A stretch of 32,000 bases of DNA from Halomicronema hongdechloris C2206 (GTDB lineage Bacteria; Cyanobacteriota; Cyanobacteriia; Phormidesmidales; Phormidesmidaceae). The notes below the pieces were generated by a model. That model was given only the letters and a program-made list of their open reading frames with translations, was not told where the DNA came from and ran no database searches. Made by a program: the position numbers and the translations under genes. The stretch lies in NCBI RefSeq assembly GCF_002075285.3, contig NZ_CP021983.2, positions 5,400,001 to 5,432,000 of the forward strand. The letters run 5' to 3'. Below, piece after piece: positions 1 to 7,934 of this stretch; positions within the stretch are counted from its first letter, which is position 1; every line of letters starts with the position of its first letter.

Positions 1-174
1 CACTAAGCCGTCTTCTTGCAGCACCTCCAGAGGAGATTTGGAGGGTGGGTTAAGCTGCTCGTAGTATAGGTCAATGGCCTGGTTCAAGATTTCAGACAGG
101 TCTTGATTGGTGTGCTGTTGAATGTAAGCCAGCTTTTTTGCGTGGTTGTCGTCAATTTGGGTAACAATATCCAT
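1..174 (-). CDS. Partial ribbon-helix-helix-type antitoxin-like protein (first 58 codons; 3' end off-window)
   Basis: ATG at 174..172 opens an unbroken minus-strand frame to position 1: MDIVTQIDDNHAKKLAYIQQHTNQDLSEILNQAIDLYYEQLNPPSKSPLEVLQEDGLV. The strand-helix-helix layout is typical of RHH antitoxins. It is absent from the ORF track because it is under 60 aa in-window. Confidence 0.4.
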   Translation of the reverse strand, partial: MDIVTQIDDNHAKKLAYIQQHTNQDLSEILNQAIDLYYEQLNPPSKSPLEVLQEDGLV

Positions 175-230
175 AGGCTTATCTCTAAGTTGTTGGCATT
201 TCAAAAACTGGAAAGAGTAATGAAGGGTAT

Positions 231-617
231 CTAAGCAGATCGAGCTGCTGGATAAAGCTGCTGGATAAAGCGGAAGTCGCTCTGGTTTTTGCTGAGTAAA
301 GGAATTTCATTGCCGATCGCGGCTGCAGCAATCAGAGCGTCAGCGATTAGAAGACCGTGGCTGAGGAAATACTCTTGAAGCAGTTGGGTGGCAATCTCAC
401 TGCTCTGGCTAGTTAGCGTCAGCACTTGAAATTGAGCCAGGCAGCGTTAGGCCTGTAGTTCGGTTTTGTTGCGGCATCGGACAGTTAGCTCCATGACGGT
501 GATGATAGAAACGGTCAGGGTAGAGGCTTGGCTCTCGTTAGCCAGGCGCTCTATGGCGATCGTATCGTTGTTGGCGACATCAATGAGAATGTCTGTATCG
601 ACCAGAATTTGAGCCAT
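231..617 (-). pseudogene. vapC: PIN-domain VapC toxin interrupted by an in-frame TAA
   Basis: One minus-strand frame from ATG 617..615 reads MAQILVDTDILIDVANNDTIAIERLANESQASTLTVSIITVMELTVRCRNKTELQA*RCLAQFQVLTLTSQSSEIATQLLQEYFLSHGLLIADALIAAAAIGNEIPLLSKNQSDFRFI. The stop is at 449..447. The PIN acidic signature is visible (DTD near the N-terminus, MEL, IADALIAA, KNQSDF). The ORF track reports only the 3' part (231..425, GTG start). Confidence 0.7.
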
Positions 618-618
618 A

Positions 619-878
619 TCAACTGCGCCAGTGTTGTTGACGAATTTGCCTTACCCATGCAGTGCTATCTGCCATTTCGGGGCGAGTCTCCTTCAGAGAT
701 GCTTCGCAAACGCTCCACATGCCGACAAAGGGTTCGTCTTCGAGGTTGAGAGTTGGTGGGTTGTAGGCTCGGGTGAGGAATAGCGCTGCTTCAGGAAGGC
801 GACGAAATCTACCACGAGCTGTTGGGCTATGGCAGGCAGAGTAGAAATATCGTCTCTCAGTTGCTCAAATTCGGGCAT
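619..878 (-). pseudogene. Cognate antitoxin, apparently frameshifted
   Basis: The track ORF 693..878 (MPEFEQLRDDISTLPAIAQQLVVDFVAFLKQRY...) ends in a non-conserved tail. Another frame over ~770..619 reads ...NPPTLNLEDEPFVGMWSVCEASLKETRPEMADSTAWVRQIRQQHWRS. It stops at TGA 621..619, 1 nt before the vapC ATG (TGAtATG coupling). As I recall, an EDEPF[IV]GMW...DS..WVR..R...W C-terminus is typical of this cyanobacterial antitoxin family. This implies an indel somewhere in ~745..790. Confidence 0.5.
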
Positions 879-944
879 GGTTTGTCTCCGGGGCTATGTT
901 CTAGGCAAAACAATTTCAACTATCTATTAGCACGTACTCGCTAC

Positions 945-1358
945 TCACGGACTTCCGACTCCCGACTCCCTCGGCGGATGCGCTACACTCGGGCCGGTGG
1001 GGAGTGGGTCGAGGAGGGTTTGGTAGGGTTGGCCGCTGGCGATGGCAGTGGCCATGGCGTCGTAGATTTGGCGGATGGTGTCTTTGGTGCGGTAGTGGCC
1101 GTGGGCTTTTTCGTCTTTGCGTTTGACGATAGGGAAGGTTTCCATGATGTAGTCAACGTCGTCGCGCTGGATGCCGTAGAGATGGAAGTAGGCGGCGTCG
1201 AGTTCGCAGCGGAGTAGCAAGCGGCGGTTTTCATTCCATTTGGAGGGGGGACCTTCGTAGCCGCAGTCTTGGGCAAAGGGTTGCAGATCCCAGGAGTTGT
1301 AAGTTAGCTCAAGAACATGCGAGAGTATCCAGTCGCTCAAAGTCTTGCGTTTATCCCA
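945..1358 (-). pseudogene. Orphan C-terminal fragment of a large N6-adenine DNA methyltransferase / type IIG-like RM enzyme
   Basis: The open frame is bounded upstream by a stop at 1361..1359 and has no ATG (TTG at 1340). The sequence ...[60 protein letters not shown] matches, from memory, the conserved extreme C-terminus of >1000-aa COG1002-type methylase/restriction fusions. No methyltransferase motifs are present upstream. Confidence 0.55.
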
Positions 1359-1369
1359 TCACTATTTAG

Positions 1370-1603
1370 GACAGGCAGGTTGCATTCCTAGGGTCTGCTC
1401 CATTTGACGCTGTCTCGTTGGCCCGAGTTGAGAACATCGTAAATGATCCTAATGAACTACTTTGCTCGGACGTCGTTGATCGGTTGTATTGGGTAGGGGG
1501 AGCCGTTCATCCTGGCAGTGGTCTAATGACGATTCTAGAGTCCGCCAGGAATACCGCAACCTTGGTCAACCAGGATATTTCTAGGAGTTATTCTGGCAGC
1601 TGA
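1370..1603 (+). pseudogene. Possible C-terminal stub of an FAD-dependent oxidoreductase (CrtI/amine-oxidase superfamily)
   Basis: The 78-codon open frame has no ATG (TTG at 1418). The motif RLYWVGGAVHPGSGLMTILESARNTATLV resembles the C-terminal FAD-binding segment (LY.VGA.THPG.G....SA) of phytoene-desaturase-like enzymes. The N-terminal ~400 aa are missing. Confidence 0.35.
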
Positions 1604-1663
1604 GCACCCCGGCTACAATGGAACCACTGCAGCTTCTGGGGCGATGGCAACGCCAGAAAAACC

Positions 1664-2647
1664 ATGGTGGGCAAACAAACACGACGGAATTTCTTCCTGG
1701 CTGGGGCGGCGGTCGCTGGTAGCATCATCGGCGGTCGAGCCGTAAGCCAGCTCCACGGTAAATCCAACGCTACCGATACACCGCTGCCGCAGACGGAGCC
1801 CATCCCCCAGCGTTCCCTAGGAAGTACCAATGTGGTCTTGCCCATCTTCGGCCTGGGGGGGGCTGGACGCACGCCCTTGTCCCAGGAGGGGCGATCACAA
1901 GAAGCCGAAGCTCTGGTGGATGCTGCCCTAAAGCTGGGGATTCGTTACTTCGATACGGCAGCAGACTATGGTCCTAGTGAAGAGAACTTAGGCCGGGTGC
2001 TGCCCCCCTATCGAGATCAGGTGTTTATTGCCAGCAAAACTGCAGCGCGAGACCGAGATGGAGCCTGGCGAGAATTGGAGCGCTCTTTGCAACGGCTGAA
2101 CACAGACTACCTAGATCTGTGGCAACTCCATCATGTCTCTCTACCCGCCGAAACCGAGGAAATCTTTGGTCCCCAGGGAGCAATTCATGCCGTCCAAGAG
2201 GCGAAGGAGCAGGGGCTGATTCGATTGACGGGCATTACCGGCCACCATGACCCAGCTGTGATTATGGAAGGATTACGCCGTTACCGCTTCGACACCACCT
2301 TGATCCCAGTCAATGCGGCTGAAATCCACCATCCCCAGTCCTTTATCACCACGGTGATGCCCCTGGCCCGAGAGCAAAACCTGGGTGTTATTGCTATGAA
2401 GGTGCCAGCCTGGGGCAAGCTGTTGCAACCGGGTCGCCTGGAGGGCTTTGATCAAGCCCTGGGCTATAGTCTGTCGGTGCCGGGGGTGCGGTCCTGCGTG
2501 GTCGCTGCGGAAGATGCGGCCCAGTTGGAGCAGAATGTGATGGCGGTACGTCAGTTTCAGCCCCTAGATGAAGCCACCATGGCTGCCATCGCCCAACGCA
2601 CGGCGGCAGACTGGCCGGAGACCACGTTCTATCGAGCCTGGACATAA
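1664..2647 (+). CDS. Aldo/keto reductase with twin-arginine (Tat) signal peptide
   Basis: 327 aa. The N-terminus MVGKQTRRNFFLAGAAVAGS carries a T-R-R-x-F-F Tat motif. The AKR core has GIRYFDTAADYGPSEENLG and YLDLWQLHH. Confidence 0.85.
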   Translation: MVGKQTRRNFFLAGAAVAGSIIGGRAVSQLHGKSNATDTPLPQTEPIPQRSLGSTNVVLPIFGLGGAGRTPLSQEGRSQEAEALVDAALKLGIRYFDTAADYGPSEENLGRVLPPYRDQVFIASKTAARDRDGAWRELERSLQRLNTDYLDLWQLHHVSLPAETEEIFGPQGAIHAVQEAKEQGLIRLTGITGHHDPAVIMEGLRRYRFDTTLIPVNAAEIHHPQSFITTVMPLAREQNLGVIAMKVPAWGKLLQPGRLEGFDQALGYSLSVPGVRSCVVAAEDAAQLEQNVMAVRQFQPLDEATMAAIAQRTAADWPETTFYRAWT

Positions 2648-2782
2648 ACTAACGCTGTTTAGGTTCTTGGCCTTGGTCAGAGGGCCTAGTCAAATAGCAA
2701 CTAAGGTGGGCATTGCCGTCAAGGCTTGCCTCAACACGCCTCAAACAGACTCAGGCAGTTCCCACCCTACGCTACTCGCCAG

Positions 2783-4963
2783 CTAGCAGTGTTCATCTAA
2801 CCATCGTTGCAACCGATCGATAGACGCCTGATAGGCGTCGAGCTCATCCTGGCTGTAATTATCGATATTAGCCATGTGGTCTGTATAGCCATCGGGATTG
2901 TCTACCGTGCCGTCCCCATCCGGGTCCCGATTCTGATTACAGGTGCGTTGGTGCACTTGTTCATGGGCCACATAGGCGTCATAGATCACGCCAGGTTTAC
3001 CTGCGGCCACAAACTCTTCTCGGGTTTGATCGTGTTTGATTTCACAGGTGTCGGCATCGGTATAAGCCGGTACTGGTAGAGCACTGCCGCCCGTGTCACT
3101 GGAACCAGCAACAGCCTCCTGAGCCGCTGTTACGGCGGCCCGTTGATTGTCGGTACTATAGTCAAAGTCGTCCCCCTGAGCCCGCTGCTGAGCAATATAC
3201 TCCTTGACTAGCCGGTTATAGTCATAGCCATTATCGAGGCCGTTTCTGCGAGCCGATTGCTTAATTAACTCATTGTGGAAGGCATCCTGATTGCGCTTCA
3301 GTCCTGCCAGTTCCTGGGCCACCTGTTGGCACTGAGGATCTTCCTCGGGCGGGATCTGATCTTCGGGGATGGGACGATTGGATGCGCCCAGACGCTGTTT
3401 ACTAGTGTTACCAGGCACCGCGGCCCCCCCAGAAGGGTCGATCGGCGTGCCATCATTACCGGGCATGCTCTGGTTGGCCTGGGCCAGGTAAATGCCTTGG
3501 GCGGAGGCCAAGAGGGTGTCGCGAGACCGGCTGGCAACGGCGCTACAGGCACCGGCATAGCGACAGAGCTGATACTGCCAGGCTCGGGTGAGCAGGGTGA
3601 GCTGATCGGCTTGCCAGCTGTTTGCTGGGGGAGCAATTACCGGTTCCAGGGCCTGCGTTAAGTGGTAGATATCGGCCAAGTCCTGTAGTGCCGCTGTATT
3701 GGAAGCAATGTCTACTTGATTGAAGACGCTGGCCTGCTGCCGTTGATAGCGAGTCGCCTGCCGATAGCGAGTGGCGGCATCACCATAGCGTCCGCTGGCC
3801 TGGGGGCGACCATCACCGCTGGGCACGCCCACCAGGGTCCAGCCTTGATCGCTCCAGGTTCGATCAAAAGAGAGAATCTCTTCCGGTGGCAATAGTTCAT
3901 CACGGCGTAGGCGAACTGAGCGAATGGCGTAGCCGCTAACGCCGTCATCCCCAGCAACGGTCAGTGGGGCAAGGCTGTCGTCATACTGGATGTCAATGCG
4001 GTTGCCGCTGCGGTCAGTCAGGGTAGTGATGCGGCCCTGGCTGTCCCGGGTCAGCTGAATCGGCTCCGGTACGGAGACGTGCATTTCTGTCTGGGAATAC
4101 CCCGACGGGGAATATCGCACGAAGTAGCCATCGGGATGGTAGGACCAGCGCTGGGCCGGGACTTCCCGGCTGTTTTCGCCCAGCGGGGCCTCCCCTAGCA
4201 GCACGGCAATGCGCTCTAGATCTTCGAAAGTGCTGTTGGCCTGGGTAATGGTGCTGCGGATGCGGGCCTTGGCTTCGAAGACCTGCTGGGCCACTGGTGG
4301 TAGTTCTCGCAGGGCCCGCTGCAACAGCTCGTCGGGAATTTGCCCCAGGGCACCACTGCTGAGGCGGTTGAATTCGGTGTCGGTGAGTAGGGTCCTGGCT
4401 ACCTGCGCCCGCTCCGGCGGCAGGGACGCTAAATCGGTCTGGGCAATGATGGCCCAAAGCAGCACTTGCACCTGTTCCTGGCGAATTTCAGGATGATCGA
4501 CTGAGCGCCGCAACACGTTTTGAATAATATCGGCGGCGCTCCCCTTCAGAGGGGCATAGAGGTAGCCGTCACCGCGGCCAGGGCCGTGGGTGCCAGCCCG
4601 TAGGCAATAGCTTTGGGCGTGGAAGGCGTAGTCTCCTGGTTGGACCTGAAAGCTGTTGCGATGGTCTAAAGACCGGCCCAGAGGGCCATCGCTCAGGGAT
4701 AGCAACCGCAGAGCCTTGTATTGGCTGGGATGGTAATTATCTAGGAAGGGAATCTCTTGCTGGGCATCTTCTAGGCTGGTGGCGAGGGCTGGTTCTTTGG
4801 CCAGCAGCTCCTCTAGGCCTGGTACCTCCACCGGAACATCGACAGGAATATCGGGAATGCCCGGGATGCGAAACTGAGCCGATGCCTGCAGGCCCCAGTT
4901 GAGCCCCAGTAACACCATTAGGCCCACGAAAAACCGGGCGATAAATTTAGTCCAACGTCTCAT
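2783..4963 (-). CDS. Large secreted/membrane-anchored hypothetical protein with C-terminal HExxH module
   Basis: The track ORF is 736 aa. The start is more likely Met11 (MRRWTKFIARFFVGLMVLLGLNWGLQASAQ, a signal peptide or anchor). There is one YD-like repeat DSQGRITTLTDRSGNRIDIQYDD (3977..4045). A Pro/Gly/Asn-rich linker follows. The Cys-containing C-terminal domain has HEQVH (2951..2965) and DPDGDGTVDNPD (2891..2926). I recognise no family for the protein as a whole. Confidence 0.8.
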   Translation of the reverse strand: MRRWTKFIARFFVGLMVLLGLNWGLQASAQFRIPGIPDIPVDVPVEVPGLEELLAKEPALATSLEDAQQEIPFLDNYHPSQYKALRLLSLSDGPLGRSLDHRNSFQVQPGDYAFHAQSYCLRAGTHGPGRGDGYLYAPLKGSAADIIQNVLRRSVDHPEIRQEQVQVLLWAIIAQTDLASLPPERAQVARTLLTDTEFNRLSSGALGQIPDELLQRALRELPPVAQQVFEAKARIRSTITQANSTFEDLERIAVLLGEAPLGENSREVPAQRWSYHPDGYFVRYSPSGYSQTEMHVSVPEPIQLTRDSQGRITTLTDRSGNRIDIQYDDSLAPLTVAGDDGVSGYAIRSVRLRRDELLPPEEILSFDRTWSDQGWTLVGVPSGDGRPQASGRYGDAATRYRQATRYQRQQASVFNQVDIASNTAALQDLADIYHLTQALEPVIAPPANSWQADQLTLLTRAWQYQLCRYAGACSAVASRSRDTLLASAQGIYLAQANQSMPGNDGTPIDPSGGAAVPGNTSKQRLGASNRPIPEDQIPPEEDPQCQQVAQELAGLKRNQDAFHNELIKQSARRNGLDNGYDYNRLVKEYIAQQRAQGDDFDYSTDNQRAAVTAAQEAVAGSSDTGGSALPVPAYTDADTCEIKHDQTREEFVAAGKPGVIYDAYVAHEQVHQRTCNQNRDPDGDGTVDNPDGYTDHMANIDNYSQDELDAYQASIDRLQRWLDEHC

Positions 4964-5275
4964 AACGAGGTGTGAGCATCTATAACTGTCCACGGATTTA
5001 GATCTACAGGGATTGCTCTCCGTGATCAGAAATCTCTGACAGTTTTGCCTACCTTAACCTCGCGGTAGCCGTAGATACAAATTCTAGTCGGGCAGCTGCT
5101 ACCGCCAGTTAGAACAGATCAAACCTCCTGAGCCGATTGACAGAGAAGTTGCGCCTAAAAAACATCCCATCCATCTGCTATCAACTTGATGGGTACTGTA
5201 TCTTCACGCGAATCCCTAGGCTTCTGGTTCCATGAGAGCTATGTCATGTAGCTCAATAGACAAAATCATGATTAA

Positions 5276-5301
5276 GCCCCCGGCCGAAGACAGCCGAGGG
5301 C
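5276..5301 (-). terminator. Probable intrinsic terminator of the small repeat-protein gene
   Basis: On the minus strand: GCCCUCGGC-UGUCUUCG-GCCGGGGGC. That is a 9-bp stem including one G-U pair with an 8-nt loop, followed by UUAAUCAUGAUUUUG. It lies ~75 nt downstream of the stop at 5375. Confidence 0.5.
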
Positions 5302-5374
5302 TTAGCGGGTGATTAACGAGGCACTGCCTAGGGGGTAGTAACAGCGCCCGAGGACATCTTAACCTTCGTCGCGC

Positions 5375-5626
5375 TTAGCGCAGGATGTCGAAGTTGACGG
5401 CGTCCTTATCCAGGTTTTCCTCGCGCAGTTCGTCGAAATCGACCTTTTCGGATTTCTCCAGATTTCGCTGGCGCAGGATGTCGAAGTTGACGGCGTCCTT
5501 ATCCAGGTTTTCCTCGCGCAGTTCGTCGAAGTCGACCTTCTCAGCGTAGGCTGCTGGGGCCGCAACTACACCGAGGGCGGCCACGGTCAATAGAGAGAGT
5601 GCAATGGTTTGGGATTTGAGTTGCAT
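5375..5626 (-). CDS. Small secreted acidic tandem-repeat protein (83 aa)
   Basis: Signal peptide MQLKSQTIALSLLTVAALGVVAAPAAYA with an AxA cleavage site. The mature part has two identical 24-aa units EKVDFDELREENLDKDAVNFDILR separated by QRNLEKS. A strong SD AAGGAG (5641..5636) sits 9 nt upstream of the ATG. Confidence 0.75.
   Translation of the reverse strand: MQLKSQTIALSLLTVAALGVVAAPAAYAEKVDFDELREENLDKDAVNFDILRQRNLEKSEKVDFDELREENLDKDAVNFDILR
5378..5542. repeat. Two 72-bp direct repeats (93-bp period) inside the small CDS
   Basis: 5378..5449 and 5471..5542 are identical except for 2 positions (gcgcaggatgtcgaagttgacggcgtccttatccaggttttcctcgcgcagttcgtcgaa[a/g]tcgacctt[t/c]tc). Confidence 0.9.
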
Positions 5627-5902
5627 GATTGGGGGCTCCTTGTTTGGAAAGGTCTTGTGTAGACAAGATTTATCCTCTCGTGAACTCCGGGATTAGGGAG
5701 TGACCTGCCTCTCTATAAATCGGTGATAATTTCAGCTACTGCTGGTGACTCCCCTTGGGAGTCACCGTGACCTGTATCACAAACTACATTTTCTCTCATG
5801 TGAAGAGGCTTTGCTTTCGGGCTTGACTTACATCAGCTAGGTTGGGGCTTAGCCATTACCTGAAGTGCCACAATAAGATCAACGCGTTCGAGAACGTCAA
5901 CG

Positions 5903-6499
5903 ATGACTACAGCCCAGCGACTGACGTTTGAACAGTACTTAAACCGGGATGATGATACCGATAAGCGCTACCAACTGATTGATGGGAGATTAATCGAGTT
6001 GCCACCGGAGTCAGAACCCAATACATCCCTGGCTAATTATCTGTTTTTGCAACTCGTCAATGCTGGTCTCTCATTTCGCTTGATTCAGCCCCATGCCTGC
6101 GAGTTGCAGGTTGCTGTCCTGCAATCCGGTGATCCGGCTAATCGTTACCCTGATTTGGTCGTGTTACGACCAGAGCATCTGGAACTAACCCAAAGGCGCT
6201 TGACCATTACCTTCGATATGCTGCCGCCGTCGCTTGTGGTTGAGGTGGTGTCTCTAGGTGAGCGCAATCGCCAGCGCGATTATGATCGCAAGCGTAGCCA
6301 ATATGCGGCTCGAGGCATTCCGGAGTACTGGCTGATCGATCCGATAGACAAGGTGATCACAGTATTGCAGCTGGAATCTGGCAGTTACCAGGAGGTTGGC
6401 CGGTTTTCTGGACAAGCTCAGATTCAATCTCCAGCATTGCAGCGATTAGATAGTTCATGGTCTGTGACGGCAGCGCAGATTTTCGAAGCGGTTGACTGA
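5903..6499 (+). CDS. Uma2 family endonuclease (DUF820)
   Basis: 198 aa. The sequence TFEQYL....D...RYQLIDGRLIELPPES, PDLVVL and IPEYWLIDP is the typical Uma2/PD-(D/E)xK pattern that is abundant in cyanobacteria. Confidence 0.9.
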   Translation: MTTAQRLTFEQYLNRDDDTDKRYQLIDGRLIELPPESEPNTSLANYLFLQLVNAGLSFRLIQPHACELQVAVLQSGDPANRYPDLVVLRPEHLELTQRRLTITFDMLPPSLVVEVVSLGERNRQRDYDRKRSQYAARGIPEYWLIDPIDKVITVLQLESGSYQEVGRFSGQAQIQSPALQRLDSSWSVTAAQIFEAVD

Positions 6500-6526
6500 G
6501 TTTCCCCAGCCTTGCCCATGAAAAAT

Positions 6527-6552
6527 GGCTCTGGTCCCCCCAGACCAGAGCC
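6527..6552 (-). terminator. Intrinsic terminator downstream of rca
   Basis: Perfect 10-bp stem GGCTCTGGTC/GACCAGAGCC with a 6-nt loop. On the minus strand it is followed by AUUUUUC. It lies 120 nt downstream of the rca stop. Confidence 0.55.
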
Positions 6553-6671
6553 AAAGTGCGTTGAAGAGTTTTCACACAAGGAGCCGACAACGCACTGCTA
6601 TCTCAATATTGCCCTTTATTTTCGAAAATACCAAGGGGGTATCCCCCTACAAATGAGCCGCTCTGGACCGT

Positions 6672-7934
6672 TTAGCGAGGGCGTTGAATGATCTGCTCCA
6701 GAACTCGTTGTTTTTTTTGGGGATCGATGCCAATCATGCGCACATATTCTTGGGGATGATCTAGCAGGCATTGCTCCATGGCCATGGCTGCTTCATCGCT
6801 ATTGTCAGTCTGCAAAGTAGCGCAACTCTTCCAAGAATTCATGCGAAAGCGCCGTTCGTCCACGTGCTCGAGGCCGATGCGATAGCCCTGGTTGAGTAAC
6901 TGCCGCACTTGGTTCAGGGTGTCTTGGTCAAGCCGAGTCGAGGAGGCTCGGTGCTGGGAAGGAGTCTGCTGGCTGCCATTGCCCGAGGCAACTCCTTCAT
7001 AGGCTCGATAAAACGATTGCGCAGAGGGGGAAGGTGCTGGTTCCGGGCTTCCTTGCCGCAGGGCCTGGTTATACTCTCGCACCAGTTGCATATCTCGCAC
7101 CCGGCCTTGCTCCCGCACCATGTCGTGGCCCACCTCTAGCAAGTGCTGAATGCTGAAATCGGGTTTGTGGAAGGTGGGCGGGGTCTTGGTATTGACCACT
7201 TGGCGGGCCACTTGATCAACGCCGACGGAATGGATAAAGTCGCGGATTTGCTCGTCGTAGATGCGCGATCGCAACGCCCCGAAAAAATCAATGGCCTGAT
7301 CGGGGAAGGTATCTACCAGGGTAACGATGTCCTGCTGGCTGAGGCCATCGGGCTCGAAGATGCCGCCGACGATGCCGATGCGGTCATTGCGATCGGGTTC
7401 CCAGTAAAACTTCTCCATGCGGCCATCACGAATCAGGGGCGCATAGAGGGTGGCCAGGTCGTTACCGGTAACGACGATGGGAATGCGCTGCAGGGGGGTC
7501 TCGTCGTAGCTGCCGGGCAACTGCACGTTGGTGGGGTTGTCGGCAATATTCATCAGGGTGTTGTTCACCAGCTGGGTGTTGACGGTGTATTGGGTGAGGG
7601 CGTCGAAGCGACCGGCCCCGGCATCGAGGTCGTTGATCATCAACACCGCCATCTTGCCCCGCACCCGCACCAATTCGGCGGCTTCCCGGTAGCGTAGCCG
7701 CAGCAACCGGGCCGGATCGCCGGCGTCAGGGCTTTCCAACTCGCCGCCGGAGACATGCACCACCTCTACCCCCATGCGCTCAAACACCAGCTCGCACTGG
7801 AAGGTCTTGCCTTCGCCCTTGCGACCGTGGATGCCCAAGATCAGGGGCAGTTTCACCTGGGGCAGGTCTAAGTAGTTCTTGGTGATGTGAACGGCGAGTC
7901 GATCGAGGAAGCGGGGAGAGATATAGTAGGCCAT
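6672..7934 (-). CDS. rca: Rubisco activase-like AAA+ protein with C-terminal RbcS-like (SSUL) domain
   Basis: The probable start is MAYYISPRFLDRLAVHITKNYL (ATG 7934), which is the canonical Rca N-terminus. The track ORF extends 48 codons further upstream. Walker A is GIHGRKGEGKTFQCE and Walker B is LMINDLDAGAGR. A P/S-rich linker leads to QVRQLLNQGYRIGLEHVDERRFRMNSWKSC, which is small-subunit-like. Confidence 0.9.
   Translation of the reverse strand: MAYYISPRFLDRLAVHITKNYLDLPQVKLPLILGIHGRKGEGKTFQCELVFERMGVEVVHVSGGELESPDAGDPARLLRLRYREAAELVRVRGKMAVLMINDLDAGAGRFDALTQYTVNTQLVNNTLMNIADNPTNVQLPGSYDETPLQRIPIVVTGNDLATLYAPLIRDGRMEKFYWEPDRNDRIGIVGGIFEPDGLSQQDIVTLVDTFPDQAIDFFGALRSRIYDEQIRDFIHSVGVDQVARQVVNTKTPPTFHKPDFSIQHLLEVGHDMVREQGRVRDMQLVREYNQALRQGSPEPAPSPSAQSFYRAYEGVASGNGSQQTPSQHRASSTRLDQDTLNQVRQLLNQGYRIGLEHVDERRFRMNSWKSCATLQTDNSDEAAMAMEQCLLDHPQEYVRMIGIDPQKKQRVLEQIIQRPR

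Noticed and set aside
5744-5766. Perfect 10-bp inverted repeat GGTGACTCCC/GGGAGTCACC with a 3-nt loop in the divergent promoter region
   Set aside because: It is real in the sequence. However, it lies between two divergently transcribed genes, so it is not a terminator. I cannot tie it to an operator or RNA element without comparative data.
5774-5787. Perfect NtcA-type palindrome GTA-N8-TAC (GTATCACAAACTAC) between the repeat-peptide gene and Uma2
   Set aside because: No TAN3T -10 box sits at the required ~22-nt distance on either strand. The 6-nt specification is expected several times by chance in 32 kb.
7143-7697. 184-aa plus-strand ORF antisense to rca. Similar long antisense ORFs occur at 4014..4457, 8420..8800, 9329..9814, 11071..11562, 22057..22359, 27799..28254 and 30677..31036.
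   Set aside because: All lie fully inside well-supported genes on the other strand. They have Gly/Arg/Pro/Ala-biased low-complexity translations with no recognisable motifs. This is the usual stop-codon-poor antisense frame of GC-rich coding DNA.
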